Shown: positions 1-14,100 of the stretch, piece by piece
Layout: each line of letters opens with the position of its first letter
How positions within the stretch are numbered: position 1 is the first letter of the stretch
From: Phaeosaccion multiseriatum
Taxonomy: Eukaryota > Protista > Ochrophyta, other classes
Assembly (NCBI GenBank): GCA_965112735.1
Contig: OZ218954.1
Location: 682,001 to 746,000, forward strand
DNA length: 64,000 nt
Direction: 5' to 3'
The notes under the pieces: generated by a model
Database searches by the model: none
The model's input: the letters and a program-made list of their open reading frames with translations, nothing else
What the model was told of the DNA's origin: nothing
Made by a program: the position numbers and the translations under genes

Positions 1-1046
1 GAGCGAATGCCTCGTTGAGCGAGCTCAGCTACCTTGCCGTCCACCTGTTAATGGTTGATTACGTCAATGGTTGACATGTTAACGGTGGAGAAGTCAATGA
101 TTAATAAGTCAGTGGTTAGTGAGAAGTCCACCTGTTAATGGTTGATTACGTCAATGGTGGCCATGCTAACGGAGAAGTCAATGATTGATAAGTCAGTGGT
201 TAGTGAGAAGGCTGTGCATGGTGCTTGGTTGGGCTGTAGCTTGACTACCCTGCCGTCCACCCGTTGTGTTCTGAGATGCGAGGAAAAGTAAGTCAAGGAA
301 GAGGAAAGTATGTCAAGGAAGGATACTCCCTCCTTTGGGAGAGTTCTGTCGTAGTTGCTGTGTGTTGTTGTCAGTGGTAGTGGTGGATAAGTCAATGGAG
401 GATGCCCACCTGAGCTCTGATTGCATCCTTGTTGTGGCACATGTTGAGCACCACGTGAGGGGCACCCTGTTTGGTGTTTGGAGGGAGGGAGGGAGGGGAA
501 GGAGGGAGGGACTATGTGCGTTTCAGTATGAGGATTGAACGCTATCAGTATGGACATCCTCCTTCTGCTTCTCCTCACCCTCCTCATCCACCCCTCCTCT
601 CCTCCTCATCCTTACCCCCCTCCTCCTTCTTCTCGTCCACCGTCTCCACTTCCTTCCCCTCCTTTCTCCTTCGTCCTCTCCTCCCGTCTCCTCCCTCCCT
701 CTTCCCTCCACCCTCGTACGCACCTTGGTAACCTTAAACCGTCTTCCCTTTCCCTCCCTGAGCCTAAGCGTGGCTTCCGTGCGCTTGTTCGTGGGGTCGA
801 AGGGAAGGTAGTGCTCCTGTGTTGTTAGAAGTCACGGTAAGAGGTTTTTAGGGCAGAGTTACAGGGCTTCGGGAGGAGTGAAAAGGATCAATCAAATCAA
901 GGGGATGACAGTAATGTTTATAGATAGATGGATTGATACATAGACAGATAGATACATAGATAGATAGGTGGATAGATAGATAGATAGATAGATAGATAGG
1001 TGGATAGATAGATAGATAGATAGATAGATAAATAGGTGGATGGATG

Positions 1047-1088
<42 letters not shown>

Positions 1089-1112
1089 GGAGTCAGTGAG
1101 AGTGACAGGGAT

Positions 1113-1144
<32 letters not shown>

Positions 1145-2824
1145 CTGCTCGTACGCATCGCATTGTCGGAGGTTGGCAGCTCCAAGCACCTGGGCAGGAC
1201 AGGGGATGGCAGTGGATGGGTGGGCAGTGTTGGTGTGAGTATCAGCCCGGTCGTATGAGTGCAGAGGATGGTAGTGGATGGATCCATGTCAGTGTCAGAG
1301 GATGGTAGTGGATGGGTCCGTGTCAGTGCCAGTCTCAGTAAAAGATGGAAAGCGAAAGGTGCATGTAGGCATGTTAGTGACTAAGAAGGAGGTCACTTTC
1401 AGTGACTCATGTCGACATTTTGGTGACTTATTACGCACCATGGTGTCCAGGGCATCCTTTGGGGGCTCTTGCCATCGCGCGGAGAGGGCCGCGTATTGAA
1501 TAACCTTAAGGGGGGGGGGTCGGTGGATGGCAGTGGATGGGAGTAGATGGCAGTGGATGGCAGTGGACGGTAGTGGATGGCAGAGGATGGAGGTGGATGG
1601 CAGAGGATGGGCGGGCCCGACGTGGGCGGAGGGGGGGGGGATAAGTAAGCAGCCTCAATTTCGATTTCTTCCAAATGTCGAGCTCAATTCTCAGTGTCTA
1701 TTTGGACCAAGTAAACTTTGACTTCGACCCCAATCCTGAGCTTAAAGTCGACCTACCTCATGTCGCTTCCACTTATTAAACACGACGCAATCGTCCTGTA
1801 TGGCCATCTTGTTGAGTGTCAATGTACCCGTCTTGTCGGAGCAGAGCACGCTGTACATTACGTAATGTTTAGTATGGTGAGGTGAGGAAGATGGTGGATG
1901 GTGGATGGGGGGGGAGGAGGGGAAGGAGGGGGAGGAGGGGGGGGAGGGGGAGGAGGATGGAGGGGGGGGAGTGTGCTGAGGACCTCTGATTGGCGACAGC
2001 TGTGGGCGCGTATGCCCAACACGCCACGCACAGAGCGAGAAAGACAGGGAGAGGACACGCACGTGTGCACCCACCCACCCACCCACCCATTCATGAAGCT
2101 CCAACCCACCCACCAACCCACTGTCCTGATTCCACCCACCCACAGCCTTGAGACCCATCCACCTACTATTCACTGTCCTGACACCCACCCACCCTCTGTC
2201 CTGACACGCACCCACCCTCTGTCCTGACACCCACCCACCCTCTGTCCTGACACCCACCCTCTGTCCTGACATCCACCCCCTGTCCTGACACCCACCCACT
2301 CACCCACCCCCTGTCCTGACACCCACCCCCTGTCCTGACACCCACCCACTCACCCACCCCCTGTCCTGACACCCACCCACCTCATTCCGGCCATATCCTC
2401 GATGGCTGCAAGTCTTGCAACGATGGCGTGCATCTTCGCAAGTTGGCGAGCCCCGAGAGCGAGAGTGGCCGTCGTCACCACCTGTGATGTCATATAGTAA
2501 GTCAGTGATGTGATGATATGTCAATAATGAGATAAATAAGTGAGAGCAGGAGCGTGATGTATGTCAGTGATGAGTCAGCGATATGTGAGTGACACGTCAG
2601 TCTGCCCATCCCAACCAGTGACGAACGGATGGACGATCGTGACTGACTGAGTGACTGACTGATTGACTCACTGAGTGACTGACTGACTGACTGACTGACT
2701 GCCTGACTGACTGCCTATCTGACTGACTGACTGACTGACTGACTGACTGACTGACTGACTGACTGACTGACTCACTGACTGACTGACTGACTGACTGACT
2801 GGACGCTTCATAGTATAATAATGG

Positions 2825-2864
<40 letters not shown>

Positions 2865-4533
2865 GCCATACCATCCCGAACGTACCTCAATGGCCAGGGG
2901 GATGGATGCGACAACAATGACCACAACGAAGCTGATGGAGTCGGTCAGGTCCTGACCCCAGGCAAGTAAGTCAATGAGGGTGATGCCACACAGGACAAAA
3001 GACATGACGATGAGCACCTGTGTTGTGCATGGATACAAGGTGTCGGGATAGGCGGTATCAGGGGTCAGGTGTTCGGGGGGTAGGTAGGGTGTAGTAGGTG
3101 TCAGGTATGAGGTAGTACGTGTCAGGTATGAGGTAGTAGGTGTCAGGTATGATGTAGTAAGTACTAGGTGTCAGGTATCAGGTAGTAGGTGTCAGGTATG
3201 AGGTACTAGGAGTCAGGTATGAGGTAGTAGGTGTGAGGTCCGCGAGGGTCATGCCGCAGAGAGGACAAATGACGGGACGATGAGCCCCTTTGTTTGTTTG
3301 CTGATACGGTGACATGATTATCAAGTGTCAGGATATGGGGTACGATATGAGGTGTCAGGACATGAGGTATCAGGTGTCAGGGGAAATGTGTCTGTTTTCA
3401 GTAGAGGGGGGTTGATCGACACAGATGGATCGATACTGAATACGATCGATACTGAATACGATACATCCAGATAGAATCAAACTCAACCTCAAACTGAGAC
3501 GCCCAATTTCACCTTCATGATGCCCAACAGCACAATCTGCAGGTGGCTCTCCTCATCCACGCTCTGGATCAACGTTGCCGTTTTCCCGAAGAAGGTGTGC
3601 ATCCCTGTTGTGCCAACTGTTGCCTCCACCTGTGTGTGTATGTATGTGTGTGTGTGTATGTGTGTGCGTGTGTGTGTGTGTGAGCATATGCGTGTGTGTG
3701 CGTGTGTCCTGTTTGTGTGTAGTCCAACCACCCCAAACGTACAGACAACAAAGCCCAAAACACCCCTAACGTAGAGGCACACGCACACGCACCTCCCCCC
3801 GCACAACGGTAGAGCCCAGCATGGGGCAGTCGAGACCACGCATGGTAACAGGTAGCGACTCCCCTGTGAGAGCGGCTTGGTCCACATCGATCTGACCGTC
3901 GTTGATCTTAAAGGTAGGGAAAGGGGGGGTGGAGGGGAGAGGGAAGGAAGGGGAGGGACAGACAGGGTTGGGTGGATGAATGACTTGGTCACTTATTCCA
4001 TCCACTCTCATGTCATTCTCGTTGACAATGTACATTTATTCTCACTCATTCACTCACTCATTCACTCACTCTCTCACGCACGCACGCACTCGCTCACTCA
4101 CTCACTCACTCACTCACCCACTCACTCATCACCCACTCACTCACTCACTCACTCACTCACTCACTCACTCACTCACTCTCCTTCCCCCTCACTCCATTCA
4201 CCCCCTCCCTCGCTCCTCCGTCCTCTCACTCATGCCTTCCCTCCACTCACCCTCTCCCTCGCCTCCCCTTCACTCACTCCCTCCACTCCGTCACTCCCTC
4301 CCTTCCTCCCATGTAACCCATCCCTCCCATCCATTGCCATCCCTCCCTCCCTCCCTCCCTCCCTCCCTCCCTCCCTCCCTCCCTCCCTCCCATCCACTGC
4401 CATCCCTCACCGTGCAGTCCGCGGGCACGGAGCTTCCGGAGCTGAGTGTGACGAGGTCTCCAGGGACAAGCTCCTTGGAGTGAATGGTTCGCCACTGCCC
4501 ATCTCTCTGTGAGAGAGAGAGTGAGATGGAGGG

Positions 4534-4568
<35 letters not shown>

Positions 4569-6275
4569 GGTAGAGACACGGTCAGAGGAGAGTGTGGAAG
4601 GAGCACCAGAGAGGGAGAGAGAGGGAGCGAGAGACTGCAGAGAGTAGACGAAGAGAGAGCGAGGCAGCAGAGAGTGTGAAGAGCGAGAGAGAGAGTGAAA
4701 GTATGGGTCCTCGTATGCCCCCTCCACAGCTGACACAGCTATGCATACACTCGCTCCACACCTCTTCTTGCCAGCCTGTGAGGAACGCCTAGAAATACCC
4801 TCCCCCCCCCCTTCCCTCTCCGCCCATCCACTGCCATCCCCTCCCCTCCCACTCACCATCCACTGCCATCCCCTCCCCTCCCTCTCCGCCCATCCACTGC
4901 CATTCCCTCCCCTCCCACTCACCTTGACGTAGGCCTGGGGCTTGAGAGAGGCCTTGAGCGCGGACACGGCGTCCGCGGCCTTGACGGTTTCATAATAGGA
5001 AATGGCGGCATTGAGAAACTGTAGACATGCCAACACGATAACGTCCGTCCAGTCCCTCAAGATTGCCTCCACGGCGATGGCCAGCCACAGCATGATGGGC
5101 ATTGGGGCGGTGAACTGATTTGGCATAGGTATGACGTGTGGGTTCAGGGGATGTATGTAGGGGTTTAGGACACACACAGGGTAAGGGGTATGGAAGTATG
5201 GGGTATGGGGTATGGTGGGGTGTCGGGACACAGGGTAAGGAGTATGGAAGTATGGGGTATGAGGTATGGTGGGGAGTCGGGACACAAGGTAAGGGGTATG
5301 GAAGTATGGGGTATGGGGTATGGTGGGGTGTCGGGCGTCGAGTATAGGGTATGTGGAGGGGAGCACGTGTTGTGACAGGGGTGTAGAGCACGAGCGCACA
5401 GGGAGAAGAAGCAGCGGCAGCGAGGGGGGGGGAGGGAGGAGGAGTAGAGAGGGGAGAGGAGGAAGGGAAGGGGGGGGGAGGGAGGGGAGGAGGAGGGGGG
5501 GGGGGGGGAGGAGGAACTTAGTGTGTTCCTCCCCCCTTCCCCTACGTCTCCCTTTTTGTGCTGTTGTCAACTGGATAGAGAAGTTCGGAACGAAAAGTCA
5601 CAGTGGACCAACGAACGGGGCATGTTCATACTCAGAGGATGATGCTTGAGATGTCCCGTCCGTAGCAAAGCCACAGCAGCTAATTTGACAAGGGTTCTCT
5701 GCTTCTGCTACACCCTTGCCCTTCCGGACAGCAAGCAGCTTGTCGACTCTCTCGTCCTCCTCTTCCTCGCCGTCGTCTTGCTGCCGCTACTGCCTCTACC
5801 GTCTCCCTCCCGTCCGCCTTACAACCCCCTGTTCTTTCTTCTCCCCTTCCCTCTCTCTCGCGCGTGTCACTCCGTTTCTGTTTCCCCCTTTTTCTTCCTT
5901 CCGTTCCCTCACCTGCTCCAACAGGATCCTCCACTTGGGCTTCACCTTCTCCTCGAGCTCGTTGAACCCCCATACCTCCCTGAGTTTGCGAGCCTCCTCC
6001 TCTGTGAGTCCCTTGGATGGCACAAACTCCTTCTGGCCTCCGTCCTCCTCCTCCTCATCCAGCGTGGGCAAGGTCAACGCCGACGAAGACGAGGGCAATT
6101 TGTTCAAATCTTCGCCCAGGAGCCCTTCCTTCAGCTCGGACTTGACCATTGGCCCTCCGACTCCCCCGTTCAACTCTCTTCTACCTGGGAGAAGGCAGGC
6201 AAGAGGGGAACAGGAGGAGGGAGGAATCACGAAACAGTTAAGTCCCACGTATGTCAACAAACCATCAACTGCCAT
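1..6275 (-). CDS. Plasma-membrane P-type (P3A) H+-ATPase, multi-exon, 3' part beyond the window's left edge
   Basis: Spliced exons give GLTEEEARKLREVWGFNELEEK (5913-6184), FTAPMPIMLWLAIAVE (~4922-5117), RDGQW..ELVPGD, DQAALTGESLPV (TGES), VASIPLAIE, IEDMAGM|SVLCSDKTGTLTLNK (phosphorylated Asp at 1835-1837), PPKDALDTMV, YLPFDPTNKRTEA, KVTK|GAPHVV and AELAQRGIRS at the edge. GT-AG introns; the phases checked are consistent. Start ATG at 6275 is inferred. Confidence 0.95.
2170..2380 (+). repeat. CTGTCCTGACACCCACCC minisatellite; the family also occurs at ~18845-18990, 33065-33290 and 46280-46510
   Basis: Read directly; present in introns of unrelated genes. Confidence 0.9.
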
Positions 6276-6357
6276 CGTCGATTGTACGAGAGTGGAGTGG
6301 GCCACTTTTTGACGGAGGTGTCACGTCGAAGTGTGGGAAGAAGAAAGAACAAGAGAT
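6276..6357. promoter_or_regulatory. Putative bidirectional promoter between the H+-ATPase and RsfS genes
   Basis: Only 82 bp between the inferred divergent ATGs. Confidence 0.5.
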
Positions 6358-8466
6358 ATGAGCTCATTGGGCAGGAAGATCTTGGTTACATGTAGTCGTC
6401 GCAGCGCTTTCAGCATGAGAGGCGCAGCAGCAGCAGCTGTATCGTGCACACTCCCACCACCCTTGGGCGCGGGAGCATTGAAGACGACCAAGCGCCCCAG
6501 GAGCAGCAGCAGCAGCAGCAGCAGCACCAGCAGCGCGTGCCGCCTCAAGGGTGGCTATTTGGATATAGTTCCCCGCGTGGCAAGGTGCTCCTTCAGCTCC
6601 AGCTCCGGCACACCCAGCGACAGTCCAGCAACGTATGTTGAAGGTGAGTAAGGAGACACACACATGTAAAAAGAAAGAGAAGTGGAAAGGGAAGGAGAGT
6701 GAGAGAGAGGGAGAGAGAGAAGGAGAGAAAGAGGGGAGGGGGCTAGTGTACCCGATCCGCACGCACCCACCCCCACATCAAAAAGCGAGACTTGACTTTG
6801 TCCTTCACGTCGCGATGATTGCATTGCCCCACCTACCGTCGAGCAGAGGCAGCAGCAGCAGCAGCTGAAGTACCAACACCCAAGGATGGCTATATGGAAC
6901 GCCTCGACGAAACGGCAGCAGCAGCAGCAGAGAGCCTTGTCGCAGAGGAGGGGGGCGCCAGTGACGTTGTTGAAGGCCAAGAGGGGGTGAAGGCAACAAC
7001 AGGGGCAGCAGAGGCAATTGGTGATACAGCAGAAGAGACTACGCACGACGACTATGGCGACAGCTCGGGGTGGAAGTGGGAGACTTCCACACCTGTTTTG
7101 GACATGCAGGACGAGGGGCAAGCGGTGAGTAATACGTCAGTGGGTGGGTGGGTTGGTGGCTAGTTGGGTAGGTGACAGTGAGGGAGTGATTGAGGGAGGG
7201 AGGGAGAGAGGATGTGAGTGAGTGGTAGGGAAGGAATGAATGAGGGAGTGAGTGAGGGAAGGTGGGAGGGAGGGAGGGAGGGAGGGAGGGAGTGTGGGTG
7301 AGTGAGTGAGAGAGTGAGTAGGCGTGTGGGTGGGTAGGATTGAGTAAAAATGAATGTGTGGGTGGGTGGGTGGGTGGGTGGGTGGGTGGGTGGGTAAGTT
7401 GAAGAACCCACCTTGAGAGAGGAATGGGGGGCTGAAACGAAACTCAAACCGACCCCCTCAGGGCGACGTGGTGCTTCCCATACCCACACCCACACTTTCG
7501 CTCTTCCCACTCCCCGCGTCCACCCACCTCGTTTGGCAATGCTCAACAGCTCACCACACCCGCACACACACCCGCACCCACACTCACAAGCCCACACCCA
7601 CACCCTTGTGTTTACCCTCACCCCTAACCTTGCCCTCACCCTCACCCCTCACCCTCACCCCTCACCCTCACCCCTCACCCTCACCCCCTACCCCCACCCT
7701 CACCCTCACCCTCATCCTTACCCTCACCCTCACCCTCACCCTCACCTTCACCCTCACCCCCTACCCTCAACCTCCCTCCCTCATAAAGGCCAAACTCGAC
7801 AGCTGGACATGGTCCTCGGACTTTGCGAAACCGTCCAGGGCCAACTCCATCATCCCTATCAAGCCCAGGTACGACATGCAAGTGCTTCTTCAGGGAGTTT
7901 CAGTTTCAGTTTCAGTGTAATAGCCCCCTGGTTCTTCCCCATTGCCTCCCCTGAGGGAGCCGTTTGGGAGCCCTCTCTCTGCACGTGTATTGGAGCTCTG
8001 TGAAGACATCGATATTGGGGTAGGGAGGGACGGACGGAGGGAGGGAGGGAGGGGAGGGGGGAGGGGGGAGGGAGGGAGGGAGGGAGGGAGAGGGGGAGGG
8101 AGGGGGGAAGAGAGGGAGGGAGGGAGGGAGGGAGGGAGGGAGGGAGGGAGGGAGAGGGATATTCTTGATCGTGTACGACGTGTGACCTACCACCTCCTTA
8201 CGCCCCTCCCTACTCCTCCCGTCTCACTCGTCTGTTTGTGTTTTTATGCGCTTTGTTTGGTTCACATCAATGCCTGACTCTCACCCGTTGTCTCTCATCT
8301 TGACCCTTGCCCTCCCTCCCTCTCACCCTCGCCATCACCACCATCGTTCTCACCCCCACGCTCACCATCCGTCGTCCGCTGCCATCCACGCAGGGTGTAT
8401 CTGACCGTGGACGAGGTAGTTGGTGCCCTAGAGCAGCAAGGTGTGTCAAGACTATGCCCACACTCT

Positions 8467-8498
<32 letters not shown>

Positions 8499-8582
8499 TC
8501 CTCACCCCCACCCACCCTCACCCTCACTCTCACCCTTACCCTCACCCTCATCCTCACTCCCACTCTCACCCTCACCCACACC

Positions 8583-8617
<35 letters not shown>

Positions 8618-8677
8618 CTCACTCTCACCCTTACCCTCACCCTCATCCTCACTCCCACTCTCACCCTCACCCACACC

Positions 8678-8709
<32 letters not shown>

Positions 8710-9023
8710 TCTTCACCCTCACCCTCACCCTCACGCCCTCTCCCTCACCCTCACCCTCACCCTCATCCTCATCCTCACCCCCACTCTCACCCTCCTCATC
8801 ACCCCCTCACCCTCACTATCCTCCGCTCCCTCCTCCTCCTCCTCCTCCTCCTCCTCCTCCTCCTCCTCCTCCTCCTCCTCCACCCAAGGTGCCTTTGACG
8901 TCCGAGTGGTGGATACCTCGACGAAGACCGCCGAGTTCGACGCCATGATCTTCTGTAACGGCAAATCGTCCCCGCATATGCGCAGTCTCGCAGACGTGCT
9001 GGTCTATGCCCTCAAAAAGAGGA

Positions 9024-9064
<41 letters not shown>

Positions 9065-10317
9065 TGTGTTTGTGTGTGTGTGTGTGCATGTGTGTGTCTC
9101 CGAGCTAGAGATGCATGTCCTTTGTCCGTTATTTTCCTTACGTTACGGGGGTTTCAAGGCTGTGTGTCTGCCTGTGTGTCCGTTGCTATTGACACTATAC
9201 GAGGTGTGTGTGGGTATGAGTGTGTCTTTGCGTGGCTCGCGTGCATGTCTTATTCCCTCATATCTCTGGTCCCACCACCCCCCTCTCCCTCCCTCTCCCG
9301 CTCCCTCTCTCACCCTCCCTCTCCCTCCCCGACCCTCTCCCGCTCCACGCCTCTCTCTCTCTCTCTCTCCCTCTCTCCCTCTCTCTCCCTCGCTCTCCCT
9401 CTCTGCCTTTCTCCCTTCTTCTCTCCCCCATCCACCCCCCCTCTGTGCGTGCGTGCGTGTGTGTGCCTGTATCTCTTGGATCAGCTCAAGGACGCGTATG
9501 GCAGCACAGGGGCTGAAGGATACGACTGCGACGACTGGATGCTCGTAGACTGCGGGAATCTCATTGTGTGAGTGTAGGGGTGGATGGTAACTGCGGGAAT
9601 CTGATTGTGTGAGTGTAGGGGTGGATGGCAGTGGATGGCAGTGGATGGCAGTGGACGGCAGTGGACTACAGTGGAAGGGGGTTGATGGCAGTGGATGGGG
9701 GTGGAAATATGTTGGTATGAGCAAGAATCGTCGAGGGCTTTTCCTCGCCCCCTCACACACACACATACACACACACACACACACACACCACCTCTACTAC
9801 TACTCACTCACTCACTCACTCACTCCCTCACTCGCTCACTCACCCACTCACTCACCCACTCCCTCACTCACTCACTCACTCACTCACTCACTCCCTCACT
9901 CCCTCACTCCCTCACTCACTCCCTCACTCACTCACTCACCCACTCACTCACCCACTCACTCACTCACATACTCACTCACTCCCTCACTCACTCCCTCCCT
10001 CACTGCCTCACTCACTCCTATCGATGGGTGACAGACATATCTTCGAGGAGGGTTACCGTGAGGAGTTGCAGTTGGAGAGACATTGGGAAGACGTTCCGCC
10101 CTTTGAGACCATCAGCAGTCGCCAAATGAAGGCGACGATGAAGGGTGGAAAGATCGGCTTTGAACCCGAGACCATGGATGACGATGGGGCGGGAGAACGA
10201 GGACGAGGAGGAGGGGGGAGGGGAGGCGGGGGCAGGCGAGGGGGAGGAGGGGGAAGTGACGTGGAGTGGGGAGACGACCAAGGGTGGGCGGACGACCCAC
10301 GATTCAATCGGGGATGA
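6358..10317 (+). CDS. Ribosomal silencing factor RsfS/Iojap family (MALSU1-like), probably mitochondrial, ~7 exons
   Basis: Arg/Ser-rich N-terminal presequence-like exon (MSSLGRKILVTCSRRSAF). Core exons VYLTVDEVVGALEQQG|AFDVRVVD..FDAMIFCNGKSSPHMRSLAD..|..DDWMLVDCGNLIV|HIFEEGYREELQLERHW match the RsfS WxLxDxGxxxVHIF..R..Y.LE.LW pattern. Confidence 0.88.
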
Positions 10318-11146
10318 AGCGGGTCCCATGAACCCTCCAGTTGATGGGTGAGTATGTATCAGTTGGTGATACAGCAGCAGCAGGAGGAGGAGGAGGAGCG
10401 AGAGAGAGAGAGAGGAAGTACACCGCAATAGAGAGAAAATTACGCCACAACACCGAGGTGACCTTACTTACAGCTGGCCTGGTTGTTGTATAGAGGTGCA
10501 GATGTTGCCGAACAGTAATTATTACTTCGAAGAAATTATTATCCAGGCTCAAACTATGCCATATGCCATTCGACTACACTAAATGCATGAATGAACCATT
10601 AGAACAACCACCCAGAACCACGATTGATATTTGTATATGCGAGATATACAATCAGCCCAGTCGCCTCATCACTCATCACTCATCACCCTCAATAGCTAAC
10701 CCTCAAGCGAAGCACGCGTCGTCAGGAGCCCCAGCAGCAGTCGGACGCGCACAAGTGCATTCTCCAGCAGCTCCCTCGATCTTTCCTCCCCCTCCCCGAT
10801 ATTGCTAAGTACATAACATTACAAAAAAAAAAAAAAGGGGGTGAGAGCTTTTTTCTTTTTTCGGGGTTTAGGTTTGGGGCAGTTGGTGCTCCAAACGTCG
10901 TCGCCTGTGAACTGACATCCAGAGAGGCAGCGGCAAGAAGCGTGCTTTTTTTTCCTTTCCGTCATCTTAGGCAGCCCTTGTATGGCCCCTGCTTGGCACT
11001 TGGCAGTGGCATAGCTCCATAGGCATAGTTTCCCACTCTACGCCCTTCTCTTCTTTGTTGGGCTGGCTCCTCTGTCGTAGAAGTCGTTTGTGATTTTTTG
11101 GTTGGTGGTCTTGGGGAGAAGATAATTCCCTCCAGGATAGATCGCA

Positions 11147-14100
11147 ATGCCAGCAGCAGCAGCACCGGCAGCAGCACCACCACCAAAAGAGGCAGCAGTA
11201 GCACCAGCAGCAGCAGCAGCACCGGCACCAGCACCGGCACCAGCACTAGCACCAGCACTAGCACCAGCAGCAGCAGTACCACTAACAGGGGGTGGGAACC
11301 CAACCTCCTCTGCTGCCGAGGCTCCGCCCGGAGCCTACTCCGAGGATGAATACATCGGGGGCTATCGAGTGCAGCTGCAGAAGCTGGGGACGCATCCCGA
11401 TAGGAAATTCATCATTGGGTGAGTGAGTGAGTTTCTTCAGGCAGGGTTGGATAGACAGACACAACGAATGAGAGGAAGAAGGAAACGAAGCGGAGAATGA
11501 GTAAAGCGTGTGGCTCCCTTGGGGAAAATATTTTTGCACCAGTGCCGGGCGAATCACCCCGTGTGTGCGGCTGCTGCTGCTGCCGCTGTGCGGATGGTGG
11601 GGTGATTCGATGGCCTACCAACTGCTGCCCCCCCCCCCCCCCAAGCGACTGCCGCTTGAACCCAAACACCTGCGCAGACGGAAAGAGTCGCTGCAGTGGC
11701 GGTAGCGACAGCAGTTGCCGCAGTACTTGATGGTACCCTAGCAGTAACACTCCCATGCATAGCCATCCACACACTGGCTGACCTCTGCAAGCACACTTGC
11801 CCCTACTCCGCACCGCCCTGCCTCAACCCCCCCTCCCTCCCTCCCTCCCTCCCTCCTACCCACCCCACGCACCCACCATCCTGGTCCTGACACCCACCAT
11901 CCCCCCCCCAAGCCTAAGCAAGGGCGCGGAACGTCACCCTGAGATGGCGCAGGGCATTGTAGCGCTTCTGGAAGGTCTGATCCTGGATGAAACCGTGGAC
12001 CCTGCTCGGAAGCTTCCTCTGTGCTACCTCGCGGATAGCATACTCAAAAACGCCAAGGAGCCGTATATTACCATCTTTGGTCGAGGAGTGGGCCGCTGGT
12101 ACCCAAGTGCGTATAGCGTGGTGGACGCCAAGGCGAAGGGAAGCTTGGGTCGCGTGCTTGCTACATGGGAACAGGCCGCATTATTTCCTCCAGAAACGCT
12201 TCAGGCGCTACGAGCATCCATCTCCACCCTTCCTCCTCCTTCTCCTCAAGCTGCTCGAGCTGTTGGTGATATTGCAGGAGGAGGAGGAGGAGGAGGAGGA
12301 GGAGGAGGAGTGCCACCATCGCCCCCGGCTGGCCGCAGAGGAGAGGGTGCCATCCCTCTCGCAGCCCAAACGCCACCACCTCCACCACCACCACCAGCAG
12401 CAGCAGCAGCAGGAGGAGGAGGAGGAGGAGGACAAGGAGGAGCTGCTGCTGTTGGGAGTGTTGGTGGTGCGGGAGACCCGCCGCCAAATGTGAATCTGAA
12501 TCTTGCGGCGCTCGTGGTCGGGTCCCCAGAGTACCATTCTGTAGTGGATGGCCGCCTGAAGCAAATTGTAGATGAAGAGATGCGTAAGCTCGGGTCCCAG
12601 GGGGGCTTGACTGTCGAAGGCCTGTGGGGCACCAATCCGGAACTCGCACTGGAATATCGGAACGTTGCAGAGGCACAAATCGCGGAGGAGATGAACAAGC
12701 AGCAGTTGGTGATACAGCAGCAGCAGCAGCAACAGCAGCAACAGCAGCAGCAGCTTAGTGCGTCTGCTATGCGAGGGCTCGCTGTATCACCAACTGCTGC
12801 TGCTACTGGCGGTGGCCTCGTAATGACGGGAATGAATAATCCATCTAACTCAGTTAATGCGAACCCGCCGGGGCAGCAGTTGGTGATGCAGCATCAACCG
12901 CCGCGCAAGGGGCGAGGGTCAGGAAAGGGCAAGGTAAGAGGGAGGGAGGGAGGGAGGGAGGGAGGGAGGGAAGGAGGGAGGGAGGGACGGAACATGCAGG
13001 ACAAAGAAGGAAGGAAGAGGAAGAGAGCAGAAAGGACCGAACATCTGTTGTTCCATGTGGTGCCATCCGCTGGGTGGATCACGTATGTCAGTGGGTCACG
13101 TATGTCAGTGGGTCACGTATGTCAATGCTGGGTTACGCTGGGGCCGGTATGCGTAGGCTTGCCGCCCCTCCTCTTGTCCTTCCTGGACGCAAATGCGTTG
13201 CTCACAGCAGCAGCAACAGCAGCAACAGCAGCAGTTGGTGATACAGCTTCCCGGTGCCTCTGTATGTTTTCCTTTGCCTTACGTCATAGCGCGAGAGGGC
13301 CAAAGCCATCCATCCACTACCATCCACCCACTGCGATAGCTATCCATCCACTACCAACCACGCACTGCGATAGCTATCCATCCACTGCCATCCATCCACT
13401 GCCGTCCACCCACTACGATAGCTATCCATCCACTGCCGTCCACCCACTACGATAGCTATCCATCCACTGCCATCCACCCACTACGATAGCTGTCCATCCA
13501 CTGCCATCCACCCAATGCGATAGCTATCCATCCACTGCCATCCACCCAATGCGATAGCTATCCATCCACTGCCATCCACCCACTGCCATAAGCTATCCGT
13601 CCACCACCTCCATTCCTCCGTGCCTCTGTGTCTTCAGTCCCCTCGCCTCTGCCACGGCGGCATCAAGTCAAGCCGCCGCCCCCGCCCCTATTTTGTATTT
13701 CGTCCTCTTATCTCTATCCTACCTACCTTGTCTGACTTTGATTCTCCCCTCCTCTACCCTCCCTCCCCTCCTCTCCTTCCTCCTCCTCCTCCTCCTCCTC
13801 CTCCTCCTCCTCCTCCTCCTCCTCCTCCTCCTCCTCCTTGTCCTCCTTCTCCTCCCCCCCCTCCTCCTCTCCCCCCTCGTATCACCAACTGCTGTACCTC
13901 CCCCCGTGGGGCCCCTTCTGACCACCGCAGGGCGGAGACCACTCTTCTCTATCAACCGCCGGAGGAGGGGGAGGAGGCGGTGGGGGCAAGCGGAAACTCA
14001 AACTCAAAATCGACGTTGAGGAGCTTTCTCGAGCGCAACAACTCGCCCAGATTCTCCCGGGGAAGATTGGGGACCTCATCCAGCAACAGCAGCAGTTGGT

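Noticed and set aside
10862-10880. Telomere-like GGGGTTTAGGTTTGGGG
   Set aside because: Only about two imperfect units; not an array.
11797-13455. 552-aa single-exon ORF
   Set aside because: It is PCF11 exon 2 (~11912-12932) plus read-through into flanking introns, not a separate gene.
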